From Nioella aestuarii (GTDB taxonomy: Bacteria; Pseudomonadota; Alphaproteobacteria; Rhodobacterales; Rhodobacteraceae), in contig NZ_JBPBBA010000015.1 of NCBI RefSeq assembly GCF_050896395.1, forward strand, positions 10,104 through 74,103: 64,000 nucleotides of DNA, read 5' to 3'. A program made the translations under genes and the position numbers. Every line of letters starts with the position of its first letter. Position 1 is the stretch's first letter. The notes under the pieces are model-generated. The model ran no database searches, was not told the DNA's origin, and saw only the letters and a list, made by a program, of their open reading frames with translations. Of this stretch, positions 57,448 to 64,000 are shown piece by piece.

Positions 57448-58574
57448 CAGCCCATGACCCCCGGATTCAGAATGCCTTTCGGGTCGAACTGACGGCGCAG
57501 ACCCTCCGAGAGAGCCGCCACCGGGGCCGGATCGGGGTGAAAGACCGGGACCCGCCCGCGCGTTTCCTCGCTGGCCCGGATCAATGTCGCATGGCCTGCG
57601 AAATCGCCCAGGTCCGCCCGCAGGTCGGTGCCCTCTGGCACCAGGGCCCACACCAGCCCCCCGCCCCAGTCCATCAGCACATCGCCCCCGGCCCGTGCAG
57701 CGATCTCCGGCCCGTCCGAGGGCTTCACGGAAATCCGCCAGACATCGCCCGCGCGGCCATGGAACGACGCAACATCGCGCACCCATTGCCACCCTGCCTG
57801 CACACGGTCCGGGTCCGTTTCGACGGAGATGTCGCCCATATCTGCCAACACATCCCGCAGTTTGCCGGCGCGATAGGCAACACTGTCGGCGAACCCTTCC
57901 AGCCGCAGCATCGTCACCGGATGCCCGTCGATCCCGGCAGGCGTATGTGCAGCACCCGAAACCTCGAATGGCGACCCAAGCGCCTTGGACATTGCCGTCA
58001 CTGCATCCGTATTGGACAGACCGTTGATCAGCACACAGGCCCGCGTCTCAATCCCCGGCAGCACCTTGAACGCCACCTCGCTCAGCACGCCGAGCGTCCC
58101 ATAGCTACCAGCCATCAGCTTCACCAGGTCGTAGCCGGTGACGTTCTTCATCACCCGGCCACCATTCTTGATGATCGTCCCGCGCCCGTCGACGAACCGA
58201 ACGCCAATAAGCGAATCCCGGCACGCCCCGACCTGAATCCGCCGTGGACCCGAGACATTGGCCGCAACCATGCCCCCGACGGTCGGCTCGCCCGACATCC
58301 CAAGCAACCCGCGATGATCCATTGGCTCAAAAGGCAGCCGCTGGTTCTCTGCCGCCAGCGCGGCCTCCACCTCAGCCAGGGGCGTGCCCGCTTTCGCCAC
58401 GATCGTCAAAGCGCCGGGCTCATACAGCTCGATCCCCGACAGCCCGGCCGTGGACAGATCCTCGCCCATCACCGACCGCCCAATGGGCCGCGTGCCGCCA
58501 CCGACGATGCGCAAGGCCCCTTCGGCCCCGGCCACCGCCTCACTCAGCTCTTGTTCGTCCCTCGGGCTCAGCAT
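57447..58574 (-). CDS. glcE: Glycolate oxidase FAD-binding subunit
   Basis: A 375-aa FAD_binding_4-type protein lying between glcD and glcF. Confidence 0.8.
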   Translation of the reverse strand: MLSPRDEQELSEAVAGAEGALRIVGGGTRPIGRSVMGEDLSTAGLSGIELYEPGALTIVAKAGTPLAEVEAALAAENQRLPFEPMDHRGLLGMSGEPTVGGMVAANVSGPRRIQVGACRDSLIGVRFVDGRGTIIKNGGRVMKNVTGYDLVKLMAGSYGTLGVLSEVAFKVLPGIETRACVLINGLSNTDAVTAMSKALGSPFEVSGAAHTPAGIDGHPVTMLRLEGFADSVAYRAGKLRDVLADMGDISVETDPDRVQAGWQWVRDVASFHGRAGDVWRISVKPSDGPEIAARAGGDVLMDWGGGLVWALVPEGTDLRADLGDFAGHATLIRASEETRGRVPVFHPDPAPVAALSEGLRRQFDPKGILNPGVMG

Positions 58575-58651
58575 GAAAGCGCCCTTCCTTCTTCTTGGCA
58601 GAAATACTCCAGGGGGGTGCGGGGGGAGGATCCCCCCGCGGATCGACGCCG

Positions 58652-60091
58652 TCAGGCGGCGAAATCCCTATGCGACTGCGAAACCGACAACGGAAACACC
58701 TTGGCCGGGTTCAAAAGCCATTTCGGATCGAACACATCCTTCACCCGCATCTGAGCGTCCATGTCCGGCCCGGTGAATTGCGCCACCATCAGATCCCGCT
58801 TTTCGATCCCCACGCCGTGCTCGCCGGTCAGGCACCCGCCCACTTCGACACAGAGCTTCAGGATATCCGCCCCGAAAGCTTCGCATTTCTCCAGGTCGCC
58901 CGGCTTGTTTGCATCGAACAGGATCAGCGGGTGCATATTGCCATCCCCGGCATGGAAGACATTGCCCACATCCAGCCCGTATTCCTTCGACATCTCCCCG
59001 ATCCGGCGCAGCACCAGTGGCAGGGCTGACACCGGGATCGTCCCGTCGAGGCACATGTAATCGTTGATCTGCCCCATGGCTCCAAAGGCCGATTTGCGCC
59101 CCAGCCAGATCCGCGCGCTTTCGTCGGCGGATTTGCTTTCGCGCAATTCCACGGGGTTATGCTTGCGGGCGATCTGGCTGATCACCCCAAGCTGCGCGTC
59201 GATCTCGGCGTCCGATCCCTCGACCTCCACGATCAAAAGCGCTTCGCAATCGGGGTATCCCGCGCCCGCAAACGCCTCGGTCGCGCGGATACAGGGACGG
59301 TCCATGAACTCGATCGCAACCGGCAGAACGCCCGCCTTGATGATGTCGGACACACATTCGCCCGCCACCTCGTTGCTGTCATATCCAATCAGCACCGGTC
59401 GCGCGCCCTCGGGCTTGGGCAGGATGCGAAGAGTGGCTTCTGTCACCACCCCAAGCTGGCCTTCCGATCCGCAAATCAGCCCCAGCAGATCCAGCCCGCC
59501 CGCATCCAAATGCGCGCCGCCGATCTCGACCACCGTGCCATCCATCAGCACCATCGTGACACCCATCAGGTTGTTGGTGGTCACGCCGTATTTCAGGCAA
59601 TGCGCCCCGCCCGAGTTCATAGCGATATTGCCGGCAATGGCGCAGGCCAGCTGGCTCGACGGATCAGGCGCGTAGAAAAACCCATGCTCTTCAACCGCGC
59701 CGGTGACAGACAGGTTCGTGCGCCCGGTCTGCACCCGGATGATGCGGTTATCGTAGTCGGTTTCCAGAACCTCGTTCATCCGCGCCACGCCCAGGATCAC
59801 GCTGTCGGCCGTCGGCAACGCCCCGCCCGCCAATGATGTTCCCGCGCCGCGTGGCACAACTGGAACACCCTCCTCGTGGCAGATCCTCAACACCGCTGCG
59901 ACCTCTTTGGTCGACGAAGGCAAGACCGCTGCCAGAGGTGGGCAGCGATAAGCCGTCAGTGCGTCGCATTCATAGGCGCGTGTTTCCGAAGGGTCATCGA
60001 TTACCGCATCTATTGGCAGCACCGCCTTCAGGCGCGCCACGATCCGGGCCTTACCCGACAAAATCGTCTGGTTCGGGGCTGGCATTTCCAT
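58652..60091 (-). CDS. glcD: Glycolate oxidase subunit GlcD (FAD-linked oxidase)
   Basis: A 479-aa ORF with GGGAGGA-type RBS upstream and FAD-linked oxidase family sequence. Confidence 0.85.
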   Translation of the reverse strand: MEMPAPNQTILSGKARIVARLKAVLPIDAVIDDPSETRAYECDALTAYRCPPLAAVLPSSTKEVAAVLRICHEEGVPVVPRGAGTSLAGGALPTADSVILGVARMNEVLETDYDNRIIRVQTGRTNLSVTGAVEEHGFFYAPDPSSQLACAIAGNIAMNSGGAHCLKYGVTTNNLMGVTMVLMDGTVVEIGGAHLDAGGLDLLGLICGSEGQLGVVTEATLRILPKPEGARPVLIGYDSNEVAGECVSDIIKAGVLPVAIEFMDRPCIRATEAFAGAGYPDCEALLIVEVEGSDAEIDAQLGVISQIARKHNPVELRESKSADESARIWLGRKSAFGAMGQINDYMCLDGTIPVSALPLVLRRIGEMSKEYGLDVGNVFHAGDGNMHPLILFDANKPGDLEKCEAFGADILKLCVEVGGCLTGEHGVGIEKRDLMVAQFTGPDMDAQMRVKDVFDPKWLLNPAKVFPLSVSQSHRDFAA

Positions 60092-60174
60092 GGCGATCCT
60101 CCCTAAATTTGGTAAACAAATATAACCAATTTACCGCTTTAGCAATAGAAAGCCCTCGGATATAGGGTTTCCAA

Positions 60175-60882
60175 ATGAGATTTCTTGACCAAATCGCCCT
60201 CTTCACACCGTTTGATGCCCTCGCCACGGCGCTGATCTTCTGCGCGTGGGTCGTGCTCGGATGGCTAATCGAATCTTCGCGCCTGTCCCGACCTTCCGTC
60301 ACGATCCTGATGATCGAATACCGCCGCGACTGGATGCGAGAGATGATTACCCGCCAGCCGCGCATCTTCGACGCGGCGATCCTGTCGAGCCTCAGGCAAG
60401 GCACAAACTTCCTCGCCTCCGCCTCGATGATCGCGCTTGGCGGGCTTCTGGCGCTTATCGGCAATGCCGAGCGGCTGCTTGGCGTGGCCGAAGACCTGAC
60501 CCTTGGTGGCACGCCAACCATGGTTGTTGAGATCAAGCTGATGGCCACCGGCATCTTCCTGCTCTACGCCTTCCTCAAATTCGTCTGGTCGAACCGGCTG
60601 TTTGGCTATTGCGCCGTGCTGATGGCCGCCGTGCCGAACGAACCGGACGATCTGCGCACCCTGCCCCGCGCGATGCAGGCGGCCGAGGTCAATATCCGCG
60701 CTGCCTTCAACTTCAACCGGGGGCTCCGGGCGCTCTATTTCTCGCTCGGGTCGCTGGCCTGGCTGCTTGGACCATTGGCGCTGATCTGTGGCACGGCGGC
60801 AGTCAGCTACATGATCTGGTCGCGCGAGTTTGCTTCGCATTCCCGCCGCATCCTGATGGTCCCGCCCCAGTCAGCCCCCTAA
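60175..60882 (+). CDS. DUF599-like integral membrane protein
   Basis: A 235-aa ORF with multiple TM segments, divergent from glcD. Confidence 0.5.
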   Translation: MRFLDQIALFTPFDALATALIFCAWVVLGWLIESSRLSRPSVTILMIEYRRDWMREMITRQPRIFDAAILSSLRQGTNFLASASMIALGGLLALIGNAERLLGVAEDLTLGGTPTMVVEIKLMATGIFLLYAFLKFVWSNRLFGYCAVLMAAVPNEPDDLRTLPRAMQAAEVNIRAAFNFNRGLRALYFSLGSLAWLLGPLALICGTAAVSYMIWSREFASHSRRILMVPPQSAP

Positions 60883-60935
60883 GCCTCGCGCAAATGTCAG
60901 GTGACGGGCGTCCTGTGGCCTGCCACCCTGCCCAC

Positions 60936-61286
60936 ATGCGTGTCCTGCCCCTGTCCCTTCTGCTGCTTGCCAGCCCCGCCCTGTCCGACCCTGCCCGCAT
61001 CCTAGGGGCCGAGGCCACGCGGGCACAAAGCGACTGGCGCTTTGATGTGACTTTAGAGCATGACGATACCGGCTGGGACGACTATGCCGATGGATGGCGG
61101 ATCGAACTCTCCGATGGCACCGTGCTTGGCACACGCATTCTGGCCCATCCGCATGTGACGGAACAGCCCTTCACCCGGTCCCTGTCTGGCGTCGCGGTGC
61201 CGGAAGGAACCCGGTCGGTCCATATCCGCGCCCGCACCAACCAGACCGGATGGGATAATGAGACTGTCGCGCTCACACTGCCCTGA
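60936..61286 (+). CDS. Small secreted hypothetical protein
   Basis: ATG at 60936 with the signal peptide MRVLPLSLLLLASPALS. The track ORF 60609..61286 is an upstream extension. Confidence 0.4.
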   Translation: MRVLPLSLLLLASPALSDPARILGAEATRAQSDWRFDVTLEHDDTGWDDYADGWRIELSDGTVLGTRILAHPHVTEQPFTRSLSGVAVPEGTRSVHIRARTNQTGWDNETVALTLP

Positions 61287-61403
61287 TCCGCTTTCATCTT
61301 GGTCCAGAGACAGCGGAATAGTCGCCGCAGGCGACAGGGGCAAAGCCTCGCGAGCCTCCTAAGAAATCGACCACTGTCGGCGCGGGCCAAAGGCGCGGCG
61401 AAT

Positions 61404-63476
61404 TTACCGCCGCCCCTCGCGCAACCACGCCGCCAGCATCAGAGCCGCCGCGATCAACAGGAACAGCCAACCGGCAATCAGTGGTGTCACAGTCACATCG
61501 GTGGTCAGGTAAGCCCCGCGCGGGGTCAGCCCGATCCAGCCGCGTCCAGCCGCGTTGCGCCCCTCCGACACCAGCCGGACATCCGGCACGCCGCCTTCCA
61601 ACCGAAGCACGCCACCGCGCATGACATCGGAGAAGGGGTCCACCGCCGCGCCGCTGGCCAGCGTTTCCTCGAACTCTCGCGGTGCGGCGGGGCCAAGCGC
61701 GATGACCGCTTCCTCCTCGCCCTCGCGCAACCGGTAGAGCCCGGTTTCCGGCCCCGTCACCTCGCCTGTGAACCGGCCCGGTGCGGTTTCTTCCAAGGAC
61801 AGTTCGTGCTCGGTTCCGTCAGGATAGGTCACCGTTACCGGGCCAACCGCATCGCCCAGGGTCTGCCGCGTGACAAAGATAACCTGCCCATCCGCATCGG
61901 CGCGCAGGGCTTCTTCCTCCAGCTCGGGCTCGCCCATCATCCAATGCGCAAGCCGCCTGAGCAGTTCCAGCTGTGGCCCGCCGCCCTCATAGCCTCGGTC
62001 CCAGAGCCACGCGTGATCGGATGCCAGCAGCGCCACGCGCCCCTCGCCCACCCGGTCCAGCATCAACAGCGGGCGTCCCTCTGCCCCGGTCATGACCGTA
62101 TTGCCGCTTTCCTCAATCAACTCGATCTGGCGCAGCCAACGCCCCCATGGCGCGTCACTGTCAGGCAGGGCCGTGTGTTCCGAGGCCAGCCCACGCGTCA
62201 CCGGGTGGCGTTCGCCAAGCTCCGAGATCTCTGGCAAGTAAGCCTGTTCCATCACTTGCGCCGTGGGGCGGCCCGGCATGATATCTGCCAAGGGCGTGCG
62301 GTAGAGCGAAGCGGCAGAGGCAAATTCCGGCCCCGTCGCCATCAGAAGCGCCCCGCCGCGTTCCACGTATTGGCGCACGTTATCCAGATAGACCATCGGC
62401 AGGATGCCCCGCCGCTGGTATCGGTCGAAGATCACCAGATCGAACTCGTCGATGGTTTCCAGAAAAAGCTCGCGCGTGGGGAAGGCGATCAGGCTCAGCT
62501 CGGTCACCGGCACGCCATCGTTGCGATCAGGCGGACGCAGGATGGTGAAATGCACAAGATCCACCGCCGGGTCGGATTTCAGCAGGTTGCGCCATGTGCG
62601 CTGGCCGGGATGCGGCTGGCCAGAAACGAGCAGAACCCGCAGCCGGTCCCGCACCCCGTTGATCTGCACCACGGCGGCGTTGTTGCGGTCGGTCAGTTCC
62701 CCCGGCGCTTCCGGCAGATTGAACTGGATCACGTTCATCCCCGCATGTGGCAGCACCAGCGGCAGATCCAGATCCTGCCCCGTCGGAACCATGAATGTGC
62801 GCGGCGCGTCCCCGTCGATGGAAATTTGCAACTCAGCCCGCGCGGGCAGATCCCCCGGCACCGCGCCGTCATCGTCAATGCGCAGGGTCATGACGAATTC
62901 CTCGCCCAGAATGGCGAAAGAGGGCGCATTGCGGACGATCAGCCGCCGGTCCCAGTCACTGTCCCGCCCGGTGATCAGCGCATGAAGTGGCGCGGGTAAA
63001 TCGGGCGCAAGGTCGAGATCATGAATGCGCCCATCAGTGACCAGAATGGCCCCGGCGATCCGCGCGCGCGGCTCTTCCGCCAGCAGCTCGGTCAGCGCCG
63101 CCATCGCCAGCGTACCCTGATTGTCGGCGGCATCCGCAACCCGTGCCTCGCGCAGCTCCATCCCCAGATCGGCCACCTCGCGGCGGATCGAGGCAATCGC
63201 CTCTTCGCTTTGGTCGGGCCGGTCGGAAATACGTTGCGAGGCGCTTTCGTCAATGACCAGAAGCACGATATCGCTCAGCGGCTCCCGCTCCTCGTTTTGC
63301 AGCGCCGGATTGGCCAGGGCGACCAGCAGCGCCAGCCCCGCAAGCCCGCGCAACCACCAGCCGGGCAAGCCCCGCCAGACCTGCAAGGCCAGCAACGCCA
63401 GAACCGCGCCCGCCAGCCCCCAGATAAGGGGCCAGGACAGCAGCGGGTCAAAGAGGATGGATCCCGCCATGTTCAT
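61404..63476 (-). CDS. Large membrane protein with an N-terminal TM pair, a vWA-like region (MIDAS DxSxS) and a C-terminal TM (BatA/BatB-like context)
   Basis: A 690-aa ORF. DESAS follows the hydrophobic IVLLVI stretch, and there is a C-terminal hydrophobic helix. Its start overlaps the stop of the upstream DUF4159-like gene. Confidence 0.55.
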   Translation of the reverse strand: MNMAGSILFDPLLSWPLIWGLAGAVLALLALQVWRGLPGWWLRGLAGLALLVALANPALQNEEREPLSDIVLLVIDESASQRISDRPDQSEEAIASIRREVADLGMELREARVADAADNQGTLAMAALTELLAEEPRARIAGAILVTDGRIHDLDLAPDLPAPLHALITGRDSDWDRRLIVRNAPSFAILGEEFVMTLRIDDDGAVPGDLPARAELQISIDGDAPRTFMVPTGQDLDLPLVLPHAGMNVIQFNLPEAPGELTDRNNAAVVQINGVRDRLRVLLVSGQPHPGQRTWRNLLKSDPAVDLVHFTILRPPDRNDGVPVTELSLIAFPTRELFLETIDEFDLVIFDRYQRRGILPMVYLDNVRQYVERGGALLMATGPEFASAASLYRTPLADIMPGRPTAQVMEQAYLPEISELGERHPVTRGLASEHTALPDSDAPWGRWLRQIELIEESGNTVMTGAEGRPLLMLDRVGEGRVALLASDHAWLWDRGYEGGGPQLELLRRLAHWMMGEPELEEEALRADADGQVIFVTRQTLGDAVGPVTVTYPDGTEHELSLEETAPGRFTGEVTGPETGLYRLREGEEEAVIALGPAAPREFEETLASGAAVDPFSDVMRGGVLRLEGGVPDVRLVSEGRNAAGRGWIGLTPRGAYLTTDVTVTPLIAGWLFLLIAAALMLAAWLREGRR

Positions 63477-63967
63477 TGCCCCAACCGTTCCAATAGTGCG
63501 GGCACATGGACCTGATCGGATTTGTAGTTACCGCTCAGCACATGCATCACCAGATTGACGCCGAAGCGCAGGGCAATCTCCCGCTGCCGCTCGCCCGTAA
63601 AACCGCGCCCCACCGGGAACATCGGCTGGCCCGAGGGCGTCATGGCCCAGGCTGCAGCCCAGTCATTGCCGCCGATGATGACCGGCGTCACACCATCGTT
63701 GAGGTTGCGAAAGGGCATCCCCTCGACCTGCTCGGCATCAGGCGGCGCGGCCTCGACCCAGACATCGCGGCCCAGATGACGACCCGGAAAATCCTGTAGC
63801 AGGTAAAAGGCACGGGTCAGAACATGATCATCGGGGATCGGCTCCAACGGCGGAATGTCCAAGGCTTGCGCCAGTTCCCGCAAACGGCGGCCATTTGGCG
63901 TACCCGCGCCGAACGCCCCCACATCTGAGTCACGCGTATCGAACACGATCATGCCGCCGCCGCGCAA
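63473..63967 (-). CDS. DUF4159-like protein, C-terminal part only (N-terminus beyond the window end)
   Basis: The ORF runs to the window edge. Its stop overlaps the downstream start (ATGA). Confidence 0.5.
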   Translation of the reverse strand: MRGGGMIVFDTRDSDVGAFGAGTPNGRRLRELAQALDIPPLEPIPDDHVLTRAFYLLQDFPGRHLGRDVWVEAAPPDAEQVEGMPFRNLNDGVTPVIIGGNDWAAAWAMTPSGQPMFPVGRGFTGERQREIALRFGVNLVMHVLSGNYKSDQVHVPALLERLGQ

Positions 63968-64000
63968 ATATGCGTTAAGCCGCGCATAGGCCGCGTCCGA

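Noticed and set aside
56062-58754. Plus-strand ORFs 56062..57186 and 57537..58754
   Set aside because: Antisense of glcF and glcE.
59159-59836. 225-aa plus-strand ORF
   Set aside because: Antisense of glcD.
61299-62999. 566-aa plus-strand ORF
   Set aside because: Antisense of the 690-aa vWA-like membrane protein gene.
1-63967. Searched for CRISPR arrays, transposases, integrases, phage genes, toxin-antitoxin pairs and recognisable defence-system ATPase/nuclease combinations
   Set aside because: None seen. No regularly spaced ~30-bp direct repeats with unique spacers, and no DDE-transposase or tyrosine-recombinase-like ORFs. The only repeat structures are the palindrome arrays and the coding trinucleotide/hexanucleotide tracts already reported.

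Overview
This is a high-GC (~63%) chromosomal segment from an alphaproteobacterium, probably a marine Rhodobacteraceae given the gene content. The window is densely packed with core genes and contains no transposase, integrase or CRISPR array.

Main gene content, in order:
- dnaE, truncated at the window start.
- A purine-catabolism locus: xdhABC followed directly by a four-gene BMP-family nucleoside ABC importer.
- A redox and DUF-gene cluster, then a dimethylglycine/sarcosine-dehydrogenase-family gene.
- rplY and pth.
- A conserved minus-strand housekeeping run: miaB, phoH, ybeY, corC, lnt, metK, trmB, aroA, cmk, rpsA, ihfB, lapA, trpF, trpB.
- glcDEF glycolate oxidase.
- The start of a vWA/DUF4159 membrane-protein operon at the window end.
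- One tRNA gene at 32981..33056.

Unusual features:
1. A six-TM voltage-gated K+ channel homologue is translationally coupled inside the ABC importer operon, between the second permease and the BMP binding protein.
2. Ten perfectly symmetric AT-rich 20-25 bp palindromes occur as tandem arrays of three to four units at three separate intra-operon sites (22712..22799, 34659..34754, 48483..48570).
3. Two tandem secreted PepSY-like proteins carry extreme poly-Asp / Asp-His C-terminal tails, encoded by long (GAC/GAT)n runs. They sit next to a membrane-anchored LuxR-type regulator.
4. Two tandem GFA-family paralogues and an aldo/keto reductase are inserted into the otherwise conserved aroA-cmk-rpsA operon.
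5. A ROSE-like candidate RNA thermometer lies upstream of hsp20.

Many long ORFs in the six-frame track are antisense shadows of real genes, which is typical of high-GC DNA, and were rejected.
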